NCBI GenBank assembly: GCA_965235115.1
Contig: OZ249436.1
Location: 34,412,001 to 34,472,000 of the forward strand
Length of the DNA: 60,000 bases
From: Laetmonice hystrix
Taxonomy: Eukaryota
Direction of reading: 5' to 3'
The notes beneath the pieces are model-generated. The model made no database searches. It was given only the letters and a program-made list of their open reading frames with translations, and was not told where the DNA came from. How positions within the stretch are numbered: position 1 is the stretch's first letter; each line of letters opens with the position of its first letter. A program made the position numbers and the translations under genes. Positions 1 to 13,309 of this stretch are shown here, one piece after another.

Positions 1-1409
1 GCCTGGGTATCGGACGTCAGGGGGAGGGTCCTCATACGAGGAGCAAGGAAGGATTCTAAAGATAAATAGAATGGGCTCCTGAGACTTAAAGATACTTAAA
101 GATGTCCTTTCATCCAAAATAATCCCTCTCAATGTCAAAGCATGATCCGATTTAGAATACCATAATAGCCTATAACTGTAAAAATCCAGCTACAGATCTA
201 TAGGTTTTCGAAAGGAAAAGGGGGGTGTCCAGGACTGCCATGACAATTCAGGAAACTCAATTAACACGTGGAGAAAACTGGTTCCCCTCAAAACACTGGT
301 GGCCGGTTGCAAGAACATTTTGTGAAGTTAATCCCAAGGATGGCTTAACTTACTATCTAGCCTAGATTTAAGGTTGGGTACGTTTGGCAGTCCTGTTTAA
401 TGGAATTCTTTTGTGCTTGGCCAGCGAAATAAGGGCCAGTCTCCAAAAATGAGAAAAGGCTAGAAAATTCTGACTTTCTGGGAACTGAAAATATGCGTAA
501 ATCCACAGATTGGGTTAATCTCGAGACTAAGTATGTCCTTGCAACCGGCCATGGAGGAATATTTGAAGTTTTGAGCGACTATATCTCGAGTTCTTTGGTA
601 CATAATCATATATAGAGATGGTGAATTGTTTCCTGGCCCGGGTGGGGGAGGGGAGTTTATATCATTGTCCATACCGCACACAGACGGAGACACCCTGCTA
701 GACCACTCCTCCCCTTGTCTCCCCTAAAAGTGAACATGCCGTAAACGACAAGACTAGGTAACACTGAACACAATGTAAACTTCACCACAGACTTAGGTAA
801 TGTATACACCGCTAACACAACTCGCTACATGCCATCTGGGGCGTCTTGTTAACTTTAATGTCACAATGGGATGTTTTATAATAAAACTGCACTGGAAGTT
901 AGTCTTTAGGTCGTCATTCACACGCATGGTTCATCTCAGCTAACCTAAACCTTTGTCCAACCACACCCTATAGGGGATGACAGCATAATAGGCCTAAGTC
1001 ATTAAACATTCCCTTTTGTTCTCAACATGCACTGTCTTTTTTTTACACTTACCCATTTGGGGGTGTCAAGACTATCCGGAAGTGACAATAATAGGGCCAC
1101 AGGACACAGTTCTTCCATAATTCCGGAAGATGTACAGAGAATTGTAAGCATTCACATGTTATAAATTGTTCTTACGATAATAGGCATAACGTCGAGTAGT
1201 ATGAAAACCAGGCATGGAGTTATCAAAGTGTCACTGCATGCAGCAGATATTTGAAACCCAAAACTCTGTATAAACAAATCTTAAATCTCACTGTTTTCTG
1301 TACGGAGTTGCCGTATATAGAAGATGTCAAGTTGATCGTAACTTTCACCATGTAAAACACCATCGTGTAAGGATGTTACCCTGTAAGTGTTCCTGAATCA
1401 TTTAAAAAA

Positions 1410-1468
1410 AAAGAGAGAACGTTTTGTTTTATTATGTCAAGCAGACAGATGCAACAGACCGGAAATAC
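1410..1468 (-). other. Candidate short terminal exon (3' splice site followed by a polyadenylation signal)
   Basis: Minus strand reads ctcac-tcattctctttgttgtgttcctgcag|GTATTTCCGG..., i.e. branch-like CTCAC, pyrimidine tract and CAG. AATAAA follows (plus-strand tttatt 1428-1433), then a T-rich element. The 3' end is approximate and there is no transcript evidence. Confidence 0.3.
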
Positions 1469-4400
1469 CTGCAGGAACACAACAAAGAGAATGAGTGAGA
1501 GTAGAACAACCAGGATCTTCAGTGAGTTTGAATTCATTGAATGCATTATTCAGGTTGAGGTTTCTGCATAATATCTTTGACTTCACACGATTTGGCACAG
1601 AGCAACCTCTTTGTACCATTCAACGGGTGTTTGAAAGCTGAGTGGTAAAGGGCGAGTCAGGGAGTACAGAGTAAAGTTAAAAGTAAATATTTGGGGGTTC
1701 ATGGGGTTGATGGTTGCTTTCATAGCAAGCTCTTTGAAAGCTCGGATCAAGGGGAACGGAGTCGAATATAGCACGGCATCATATCAGTGAAGGTTGTACG
1801 AGTGAAAGGATTCTCATAGATACACAAAGACCACTAGTATTTTCTAGCCATTTTGGAAATGGGAAGATGTAGTTTGTCGTAGTAAGGATGCTGGTTTGGT
1901 CATGTTGGTATGGCGTTATTGGTACGTTTCGCCGTTTATGGCTATTCACAGTGAATGATGATGAATGCGTAATATTACACCAGGGTGTTTGTCGGATAGG
2001 TGGTTGGGGTTTGCTGGACAGGGCAAGGGGTGGGGGTAGTGTAGGGGTTGGGGTAGGGGGTGGGGGTTAAGGCTTTCAACTCCCTGAATGGCGCCGCCGC
2101 GCCCACCTGGGTGTATATTGGTCAAGGTGTGTGCAGCTGTCCCATGTTCCAGCCAAGGGGTCAGGATGGTCACTGAGAGAGGTTCAGGATGGCCGTCACT
2201 CACCAAGCCCATCAAAGTGTATTTCATTCAAGTGTACCGGCTTCTAATACCTGTGTTCAAACTTCACTTGTCCCATGTCCTGTGTATTTAGCCTGCTCCG
2301 GAGTGAGGTCAACGGCAGAACATGACCTTCACCCTCAGCCTCCCTTGGCGGAGGGGTGTGTACGAAAGGGGTTGGGGGTTGGGGGCTGTCGGGTTGATGG
2401 TCAGGGGTGATACAGAGAGGAGATGTACGGAGTATAGATGGGAACCCCTGCTAGCCTCCTGAGAGTAATTGCGCCTCTTTTTTCAAACGGTCCATTTTGA
2501 AAATGCAGGAAGATGTTTTTTTACAACGCATGGTAGACTTAAAACACGGACAAAGTTGTTGAATGGGCGTTTGAATATCTAATAATAATGTCCAAAAAGA
2601 GATTTTTTGTTTAACAAGAAATGTTATTATGGGAAATACGTTTCCTAGTAGTTTAGATTAGATTCTCTATATTGTAGCATCCCAGATGCAAATACATATG
2701 TAGATTACTATACGATCAAAATGACATAGAGGTCTTCTGGCAATGAACCTTTATAATCCTTTATCTAATATAATGTCTGCCCCGTAAATGTTAACGTGCG
2801 AATTTCAGGAAGTTTGTAATAAGTGAACAATTATTTATTTGCAACTGAGGCAATATCCCTGGCATTAGTCCTCTATAATCACTCCACATGCTCATGTTTA
2901 GACGCCTAATGCTTGACATGTTTGTCTGAGCCCGTCCTGCATACGGCGAAATAGAGGACTACCCGAGCTCGCAGCTGGTGACTGAAATCTCTTTGAGTAG
3001 AATGTTATTGTTTGACAGAAGACAGTGCAAATAAATGGCATTGCGGGTACTGGTGCGACCAACAAAATTCCGAGTGGCCTGTTAAAAGAGCAGCAAAGAG
3101 AATTGGAACATGATTGACGATACAATGTCACGAGGGGTGAAGCAAAAATCAACGTTGCCATGTCACTCTGACAACAATTAACAAAAGGCCTGGTAAACAC
3201 CAACGCCAAGAATCGTTCCTCGATTTGATGAGGGAATTGGCACTTGCTGATTTCGATGAAATTAACACTACTCAACTTTGGATGACCCCAACAAAGTGGG
3301 AGGTTGCAATCCGTCCCCGCTTGTCACAATCGCACTGCACACAGAATTTAGAAGCCGATTTTGAAGTATTTTGATGACAGTTGCTGCAGTCGGGAGGAGG
3401 GATAATGGAAGATTGTTGTGACTGAATGGCAGACATAGGTGTATATTTCCTGCAATGTAACACCACCGCTGGAAGGCTCCGTGACGGTCGCCCTCAGGGC
3501 ATTGGTCAGTGGTCACTCAATGGTCAGTGGGGTCCGCGTCTGAACGCCGTGTGGTCAGTTTCCGTCCACATATATCAAGTTAAAAGGGTAATTGTCGCTA
3601 TTTAACACCTCTAATGCCATACAACGCCTTCCGAGCGGAGAGGCGGTTATTGATAAAAATGGGAGATCGTCGACAGTAATAGCTACATGATATCTCTAGG
3701 ATGAAACGTTTAAAGTTATTTTAACGGTCACATAAACTATATTCTCGTATGGGCAATGACATTATCGGTAGGCGCTGTATTGAGAAAGTTAGCAAATACA
3801 ACGAGCAATGAATGTGTGTGTGTGTGGTGACAATAGGGGCGTAATGAAGTGCTTATTGGCCGTGCAAACCGGCGTGGCGACGGGCTAAGTGGAATTTGAC
3901 CTTGTCGTGACCTTTTTCCGGATGATGTGACATATGATGGTCATAAGGGGTCAGCGGGTGGTGGACTGTATAGGTGGGCGGAACAACAGGTGGTAATACG
4001 TCTAGGCGTGCTCATGACGGGAGTGTCCAGTTTAAAAAGGAAGTGCTTTCACTCAAATGAGACGTAGACGAATCACACCTATCCAACCCATGAAAACATA
4101 AGAGTGAATACACACAACAGTTAATGTTTAAGCTCGATCGAGTTTTCTCACTCTAGTTTCTTGGGGCAAAAAGATGACACTGCAAGAAGGGGGAACTACG
4201 GGAAAGTGTTTAACCAGACTGCAAGACTGGACTGTCTTATTCAGACATGAGTTTCCTTAAAGGGTTAATGGTCAAACTCAGAAAATGCAAAATGATGAAG
4301 TGTCAATATGCTATCGTCCTCTCAATGCTATCATATTTTAAGTCTTGTTGAAAGTTCGGCTTTAAACTTCCTCCCCCCCCCCCCATTTGTTCAGACTCGC

Positions 4401-6745
4401 CCTTTCAGAAAAAGTCTTCTTAATTTCGGTTCCAACGTTAACTATATTTTCCATCGTTTCCATAGTGTTGCCATGTAGTCTCCTGTGCTGTGAAGGAAGC
4501 CAGAAGGGAATTATGAAATAGTAAACCAGATATTAAATATTTATTTGAACCACTTTTACTAAGTAAGTGAGGTTCTAGGCCTCCTTGACCAAAACATCTA
4601 TATATATATGTTTTATAATTGGCATATTTACGGAGATCCCCTTTTATTGCACATGAGTCAAAATTGTCATTCTCGGAGACGTATGGACAAACAGGAATAT
4701 AGAAGCCAGCGGCAATAGAGCCAAAGGTTTTTGTATGAGTCCACCCTCGAGAGTAATGGGAAGAAGCAGCACAGATCCACAGGCCTCGTCTTGGGCCTTA
4801 ACCACAGCTTCTCCATACAATCTCGCTTCAGCTCTCGCGACCGCGCGACACGAGATCTGTTTGCGATAACTTGTCACTCAGACGCTCATTGGGGGTGGTG
4901 TAGGCGGGGCAGCAGAGTTTTTCCTTCAATGTTACATGGCCTTTTCCCAGGTCGATTTCCCCGGCTTCTCGAAATTGCATTGATAGAAGAAATGACCACA
5001 AAAGTCCACCGATAACCTAAAGAAATGACTCCAGAAATTGCCGTTCCCTCAAAGGGTATGCCCCCGACCAAGTGGCAGTGGTGTCTTTGCGGCATCATGT
5101 GATTCAGCTGTCCCTCGTTGCTCCCCTCCCACACTGATATACACTTTTGCGGCAAGGTTCGATAAACGCTTATGTCTCTATAAATGATGGTTTCTGGCAG
5201 GCAGAAGACGCGGCTTCGCTACGCTGGGACCCGAGCAGATAGCCGCGGGAACTCTAAGAAGCCTAGATAACCTACATAGGGGTAAAGAGTGCATGAAGCG
5301 AGCGTAGGAGCAGCTGCCCTTCTGATCTCATAATGCTATCATTTGTTGTCACAACCCGTGCAGAAGGACGATAGGCACGGGTTATAAGATTCCACGGCGA
5401 ATCCCAGGCCGCCCGGAAAAGGTTGGCCACAGACAGATGTTTGTGAACCTGGCCCGAGTCGGGCCCTCGGCCAACTGGCAACAACCGCCGATCAGGCACG
5501 TCCGCCGCCTCTGATCGACATCAAGCGGAAAATGGCCTCGCCCCCAATATTACATTCTCCCTGTGCAGCACAGTCGGGTTTTTTTTTATGCATTTGTAAT
5601 TTAAGGGGTCGGTGTAGGAAATTTGGTGTTAAGTCAGAGAGGCATCCCCGAAGAGATTATCCCCATCCCATCTCACTGTGGCCTTTGTTGGCTACTCTCT
5701 GCAGGAAGGCTTGCGGTTAGAATGTCTCGAGACAAGGTCACAATAGCTATGCTTTGTTCGGCCTTGCCATGGAATAATGTATGAAATCCTAGAGAAACAT
5801 ATTTCAGCCCCTCTATGAGTATATTGACTGCAAGGTCACCGAAGGACGTTTTGCATAATATTGGTCAATATATGCGTATTTCTATGTATAATTTAATGGT
5901 TATAGGGTTGCAATCGACTCATCATTTCTGTGATCATTTGTAATTTGCAAGACACCTCAAGGTATGGAATGATTTACTTCAAAGTTACTTATACTCTTAC
6001 TGAGCTGTAAACGAATAGGAGAAAGTTTTATATACCACAGTCATTAATCATTGAAACGTATTCGATGACCATAACACGTGCCAGTCGTATTCTCCGAGGG
6101 TTGTAATGTTGTGAGTGTTATTTTAGGATGTAAGGACTTTGTTTGGCTATGAAGTGAGGCCATTCTATCCTATAGTGAATGTATTTGTTACGATACATTG
6201 AAGGGTGCGAAAGTAAATGTGTTTTCTCATAAAGTCAAGTGTACACTGACAATCGACGATGTTGTCTTTGTATAGCAACATACCGACAACAGTGACACAG
6301 CAGGACCAACGGTCCGGCACGGCTCTAGTTTTCCAGGTGCCTGTTCTCCACTGCCATGCCAAATCGGAAATCATTTGCATTGCCAGCAACGATCCAGCAA
6401 ATCGGCCAGCAATGTAGCACCTCAGCCAGCCACCAGCCAGCAGTGGACCAGCACTGTACCGCCGAAATACATTGTTCTCAAAACTGTGTTGATTAGGAAC
6501 AGCAATAAAACTGCTATGAAAAGAACCTTCATGACTTAGGTATATTACCATGTACTTTTTCAAAGGTAAACTCAGACGAGTACTTCACCAAGGACTAACT
6601 GAGTTCTGTGGCTCCAGTCTTTTCAAGTGTTTGTTCTGACGGGTGCTACCCAGTGGGGAGAGAGAAGGCGCATAGAAACTTGTGATAGGTGCAAGAAAGA
6701 AGGCTTCGGGGCGATGTGGACAAAACGCTTCTTGAAATGTCAACT

Positions 6746-6803
6746 GTGTGTCTGACAGGCAGGCCAAAGCCAGACCTCGCGTGGAAGTGTCTGTCAAACA
6801 CAC
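6746..6803. other. Stem-loop (imperfect inverted repeat), possible small-RNA precursor
   Basis: gtgtgtctgacaggca (6746-6761) pairs with tgtctgtcaaacacac (6788-6803) at 15 of 16 positions including one G-U. Inner cca/tgg pairs close a ~15-nt loop. Confidence 0.35.
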
Positions 6804-7578
6804 GAGCTCTTGGGTAGGAACTTCGGCACCCCCGAGGACAATCTTTCCTCAACCTTTCACGTATCAATTCGAAACCTTTAACTTCTTATCCTACCCCGAT
6901 TGACTCTGGCTTCTTGTGATCACGGCCAACGACTTTTCTGGGGGGCTTGAAGAATGGAGTGTTCATGGGGACTGAATGATAGCGTTGAGGGTAAGGGTAG
7001 GGGGTTAGGGTGGCAATAGGTGGGAGTGCTGGTACAGCCTCTTTGCAAAGGACCTGTCACTCACCCAGAGTAAATATACCGTCACCGCCTCTGGTTCATC
7101 TCGTACTCTGAAAACCTTTATTGATCTTTGACTGGAAGGCCACCTGGTAGCCAAGTATTTCTGATCGCTATCGACCCTCATGTCGCAACTCTGCTCGTCA
7201 ACAGCCACTCTAGCCAGAGGGCCCGGTGGGTAAGTTAAGGTTATGTGACGGATTAAGGAGCCGTGCGCAGGCAAGGCCCCTCACCACCTTATTGTTAGGA
7301 AGAAATCGGAATAAGGGGTTTACGATCTACAAACTACAAAGTAAAAATGAAGCCATTTGAGAGGGAATCCGGTTTTTTTTCAGGACGTACACGTATAGAA
7401 ATAGAAAACATCGACACACAGACAGAGTACTTAGTTAAATACAAGAATTGCTTATACAAGAAATGCTTATAAGTACTTATAAGTACAGATATAGAGATAC
7501 ATACACACATAGGTACATAAAAATTCACACGTACACACAATAATCAACTAGTCTCTCCATAATCGAGCAAGGAGAAGA

Positions 7579-7747
7579 TGACGTCATACGAGAAGATGAC
7601 GTCATAATATTGAAGTCTTATCTTAAGTCTCTAAAAGAGACAACGATATTCTATAGGTGTTCCTTTTGGTGACGTCATTTTAAACGGACTAGTAAACTGT
7701 AACACAATGTGGCCGATTACGTCATATGTGCCATGACGCAATCGGCC
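7579..7747. promoter_or_regulatory. Cluster of CRE/ATF-type motifs
   Basis: TGACGTCA at 7579, 7597 and 7670; TTACGTCA at 7717; TGACGCAA at 7734. The last two lie in a 15-bp inverted repeat (7711-7747). The cluster may be transposon-derived. Confidence 0.35.
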
Positions 7748-9050
7748 TTTGCCTGTATCTTCATGTTAGCTACCGGGGAGGGTGGTTGTGGATGTCGTGT
7801 GTGGACTGTGAAGAGGGAGTGGGGGGAGTTAGGGATATCACTTGTTTGCATTTCTTTCCTCTGAGAACTAGGTTTTAAATTTAGGCACATTTATGAGCAG
7901 TTGAGTGATCAAGAAACGAGACTACGCCTAGAGGCGTCCTCCTAGGTCCGCTCCTCGCTCACGGACCCGGCTCCTTGCCTGTACCCCTCATGTCAAAGAC
8001 AGCTCAGTGTCTCCAAAGTTGGGTCCCCCAGGGAGGGGGTCTGTCGCCCTTCAGATAAATTGGAGCTCTCCGCTGTGACTCCTACATCAGCAACCTTGCG
8101 TAATTTATGAGCGATGACATAGCGCTTCCGTTCGCGTTCTTTCTCGCGTGATCGGCGCCGTGGGAATAGAGAGGGGGAGGGGTGTCGATCATCTCCCTTA
8201 CAGAGGTCCACGGGACTTTGAGCCCGGGGGTAGGGGGAAGGGAGGGTGGGGCGGCTGAAATGACAATGTGCCTTCCACTCCAGACGCTGAGGGGAAATCA
8301 ATCACACTTTGAAATAAAGTGAAATTTTAAGGACCACCACACTTTTACCCCCGTTCAAAATCGATTTCTCGTAAACAATTGCTGCTGTGCGCATTTCATC
8401 AAAGTATGTTAATATCGCCTGGTCGGCCCCAAGATATATCAAACATCATTGGCTACTTTGATTAAATTCAGGCTTTCATCTTTCGATAAATTGGACCATG
8501 TTTTTTTGAATTCGGTTTTTAGGCAAAAGAGTTGCATGCGGGTATGAGACTTGGATCAAACCATCCCTCTACACTTTGTGCAATCGGCCATTTAGTAACT
8601 GCATTTAACTAATAAGAATTATGAATATCAAAAGTACGATATCTTAAATTGATTCCTATGAGAATACATGTACATGGAGTTATGACCTGCCACTGAAAGA
8701 AATCTCGACAAGTTCTCAAAATATGTGATCATATAGCGACATACAGGTGTCATTGACCTCAACGTAATATAGGCTACCAGTTATAAAGATGTAAGATGTA
8801 AGATGTAAGGAATGTAAACATAATATCAGTAATATAATTACACTAAATCGGCCTCTTCATAATAATTATTATATTGGGGTTTAAGTCTCTGCTAAAGTTC
8901 CATGCATGCCCACATTGAAAACATTCCATACATAAATAAGAACCCTAGAGGAGAAATCAATCAGACCTTATTGGAAGATGTTATAAATAACCTTTTATAA
9001 TCGAAAACGATTCTGTCAGGAATATGTAGGCCCACAATGTATGACCTTCT

Positions 9051-9488
9051 AAATTGGTGATCATTTTCAAGTGAGCTGTTGATGTATTGGGATGCTGAAG
9101 TATGTCACGTTACAATGACGAGAAATGCGGGTTGGAGGCCCAAACTGGCGACATCCAAATTCCGGTTCCGGTCATTTTACCTAACTTGTCCTAAGTCACG
9201 AGACTTACGCTCCCTAGTCACTGTTTTTTTAAATATATTTCTTATGTATGAAATTTAACATAAGAGATGTTGGTTTTGATGTTTAGTAAGTTTGATGAAT
9301 AAGAGAACAATAATTGTGGAGTTATCGAGGGTTGAAGTTGAGAGAAAGTTTTTCAACGGGCCGGCTAAATGACCGGAACCGGAATTTGGATGTCGCCAAA
9401 CCGCATTTCTCGTCGAATTGCGAATTGTAACGTGACATACTTCGGCTCTCAATACATCAACAGCTCACTTGAAAATGATCACCAATTT
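9051..9488. mobile_element. Foldback/MITE-like element with long (~125 bp) inverted arms
   Basis: The left arm aaattggtgatcattttcaagtgagctgttgatgtattg...tccggttccggtcattt (9051-~9178) is the reverse complement, with indels, of aaatgaccggaaccggaatttggatgtcgcca...cagctcacttgaaaatgatcaccaattt (~9367-9488). The spacer is AT-rich, ~190 bp. No clear TSD. Confidence 0.85.
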
Positions 9489-12281
9489 CCAGGAACGACA
9501 TGCTTCAGAAAATTCAATGAGGGAAAATATTTGAATTATAGAGGCATTTATTGCGATAATACTTTCAGCGATGCTCTTGAAAGTCTATAAGAATGTATCG
9601 TCTACTACATAAACTACCACACGTGCATGTATGTCTCAACACGGTACAAGATGATTATCATACATCAATAATTATTCTTGTATAATATACTTAACTCGGA
9701 CCGCAGTCTCCAACCTCCAGACCACTTCATACATGGACATTTGAAAAGAGCAATTTTATATACGGCGTTGCGTCTAATATACCGTGAATAATGGATATGT
9801 ATCCATGTTAAACGATCACGTTGACATCTCATCTTTACCATACTGAATGAATGTAGATGTACCGATTAAGCAAGTTAAATATATACAATTAAAAAACTTA
9901 TATAGCTATAAAAGAGTAAAAACTTCAAGCCAGAAATAAATAATTCTTTGGTGTTCTTATGACAGAGCAGAGAGTCCACTCACCCAGCAAGAACCCCGGC
10001 TTGTGGCCAAACTGCCAGATCGCGTGAGAATCTGTCCGAGAGGCATTGTGGCATGGAAGGAATCCATGCGTTGTAATTATGTAAGAACAACAATGGACAA
10101 ACAAGCAATGGCCGACGGTACGAGGGCTTGACAAGGACATTCTACATCAAAGCAGACGAAATGCTTTCTCTGTCTCTGACCTCTATTTTCAATTATAATC
10201 CGATATTGGCGCCTCGGCCAGATGAGTAATATGTGTAAGTTAAGTTGGTGTCACTCGGATCAATAAAAGGGGAAGGCACATACTGCTATCACTCATTCGG
10301 AAAGGCCGTTAAATTATAACGGAGGACTTAGTGCGGGGCAATATTAAGGGTTGGGGGGTGGGTGAGGTGGGGTGGGGTGGATGCCATGCAATGGCGGGCG
10401 GGGCGACCGGGGACCGGGGCTGATGGCATTACGTGGCACCCAAGGCTAGCCTCGTCACTATTGGTTCAATCTCTGCCAGGGAGTGTGCAGGGCCTCCACC
10501 CTTGCCCTACCCCCCTACCAACCAACCCCCACCCCCACCCTGCCGCCGTCCACCTACCGGCAGTCCACTCACCTCCACCCTTCCATCCACCCTGGCCGTC
10601 CCAGCCCCTGGCCCTGAAATCAGCATCTCCAAATTCCTTTGCTTCCATTCTTTTCATTCGCCCGAGGGGTCGGGGGATTCTTGATTTGCCCCTTACAACG
10701 ATAGCCAGCCACTGCATTGCGGTCGACTTTTATGCCCAGTTAATGATTTTCTCAATCATTAAGCCCCGATAAAAGCGACCCCATTTACATAAAAGTGACT
10801 GCGGCCCCAGCCCCCCCCCCACCCCCCCACCCCCCCCCCCCCACATACGACACGCGCCCTCCCTGGCTCACCACTAAATACAACGAACTTGGCTTACGCC
10901 AGTACACGTCCTACGCGTATTTGCCAGAAACATTCATTTCGCCTAAGTAAGCTTCACTGATGCAATCAATTTACCCCAGTTATATTAATTAACTCTGTGG
11001 GGGCTGCCCGCTTTATATCAGTGCACATTTCACGAGTACAACTGTCAATAAACCCGAGCCACCTGGTCAACAAACCCGGCGGCATCCGACCGCATCCCGC
11101 CACAGAGACCCGCGCCGTTTTCAGTATCTAATTCTTTGGCTCTTTCCTATTAATTATTCGTGACGAGCAGGGGCCGTGGCGTCATATCAAGGGCAGGGTC
11201 TGTGGCTTGTGGGTTTGTGGGTTGAGGATTGTGGGTCTCCTGATTGTCAAGCCCCTCAAAGGAGGGCGACACCACCCACTCCCCCTATCCGACCCTGATG
11301 CTCATTATAATGCATCGAGGCGAGCACCTCATTCACTGTGCCAACCACCCCGTCCAACACTCAATGAACGGAGATGGAATAAGTCTATTTTTTCTCCCTC
11401 TTTCCATATTTACCATGTAGTTCGGGGAGTTAATGCCGACATACGCTCTCGCACAGGCCATTAAAAAGGGGAATTTCTTCTAATGTGCGCCTTTTTTGTC
11501 TGTGTTACAAAGAGATGGCATGCCACCCGGGTACAGGAGAAAGGGTGGAAAATTAACGACTGGAGCAAATTCACAGAGCGAAATGCTATTAGGGCCAGGG
11601 ACGTGTATATTATGGCACCAATTCCTAGACCGCACACCGACAACATCTTTCAAATATGCCAATGCATATTGCTCACATTAAAAGCTCACTAAGCCATTGG
11701 GGGAGCGGCACAAAAGGGCGCTTGATCGCTATTTGGACATTATACGAAAGGAGCCAGCAAAGAAATTATGCCGAACTGCACAATAAATAGAGTTCATTTG
11801 GAAGCAATTACATCAAGAGTTAATCGGTTAAGCGCGAGGTCCAGGCACCTACTATCATTAAGTTGCCATGTCTAAAAAGAAAAGACGAAATGGAGAAAGG
11901 GTCAGATTTGTTGCATGTATTATATCCTACACAGTCACTCGATCCTCACCTCCCTCCACAAATACGCGATAACCCGCTGAATGGTATATAACATTGAGGG
12001 TTGTTCATATTCTAGTCGCCCAATCGCCGTCCCCCGGTCGCCTCGTCGCCGGCGAATTGAATCCCATCGCCGACCACAACCTATGGGTTTATTATACTGA
12101 CCAGTTATGGTGGTTCCCAAAGCAGTGGTTCATCGCGACTCGAGATGCAACATGTTCCCTGCTTGGCGACCGAAGCGTCTTTCCCATTCACCTTGGTGTC
12201 CCGAACCGAACTTTGGGTCCCACTGATCGATCATTGAGTGACGTTTATATACCTAGGCCTATTGTATTCACTCTGACGTGG

Positions 12282-12855
12282 TCCACTTGCGTTGCGATGG
12301 CTTCCGCGCGTCTACGATTTTTGTTCTCTCTCTTTGGAAGTAGGTAAAAGTGCTCGTAAGGCCACATAAGGAATCGTAGGCTTGCGTAACCTGCGTAAGC
12401 ACCCGTAAGAAAATCCACTTGTAGGGTCTTAAAGAGCTCTTCCGATTGTCAGAGGACATCAAAATGGAGCCCGGGGAGATCGCACTAATTGCCCTCACCT
12501 TCGCCTTTTGGCCGAAGATGAGGAACAAGAAATTGAAGAAGTTTTTGGGTTCGCTTTAGACCTTCTGCGTTCTTCCGAGTGCTTACGAACTAATGCATCT
12601 TCCGATATCTTACGCGAGGCCACGCGCACTATGCACTCTTCCGATAATATCTAACATTTTTGATCTGCTGGTAAGGAGGTCCCGAGAGCGCTCTGGCACT
12701 CGTAAGACGTCTGAAGCCCTCGGAACACTCGTGAACTCTCGTAATGCGTGATTCACTTAAAAAGCTTGCGTGTATTCCCGATTTGGATTTTTTTCCTCGG
12801 AAGAACTCATAAGACCGCGCAAGGGGTGAAACGGAAGCATCGCAACGCAAGTGGA
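12282..12855. mobile_element. Non-autonomous TIR DNA transposon, PIF/Harbinger-like MITE
   Basis: Inverted repeats tccacttgcgttgcgatggcttccg (12282-12306) and cggaagcatcgcaacgcaagtgga (12832-12855). The interior is packed with short motifs in both orientations (cgtaag/cttacg, cttccga/tcggaa). Ends may extend to the AGGCCT hexamers at 12255 and 12862. The superfamily call is inference. Confidence 0.7.
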
Positions 12856-13309
12856 TTATTCAGGCCTTTTTGCTAGAACCTATTATCGATTATATCGACT
12901 ATAGTATCTGTGATTGACCCATGTCATTCAGAGGTCACCTTACTTGTGTTGGCACCAAACGTCCGGTAGAGGATTCCTGTATCCAACCATGTGACATCCT
13001 CTCCAATGGTGAAGACCGGAAGTTACCAAGAACCGGAAGTGGTTAGTATAAGACACTGGTTCACGATTAGTGTAACTATGCCACTTTGGGGACGCATTGA
13101 CCTTGGAGACACATACCGTATCAGCCATACAATGTAAGAATATACGTGTGATATAGGCACTGCCATTTTTACAGTGATCATGTGCTTGTAGTCAATAGTT
13201 TGGACTATTACAATTAACACGTGTAAACAGTTTATTCATTGACATGTCATAGTGTCACATCTGTAGATGTATCTCAAAGAATGACTCAACAATGAGCATC
13301 GGTTGGAAT

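Noticed and set aside
1377..1385. miR-10-family 5' end (taccctgta), which would suggest a Hox cluster
   Set aside because: The rest of the sequence diverges, there is no hairpin, and no homeobox exon was seen in the window
8327..8580. Possible left end of a TTAA-flanked (Kolobok-like) element
   Set aside because: No matching right TIR found
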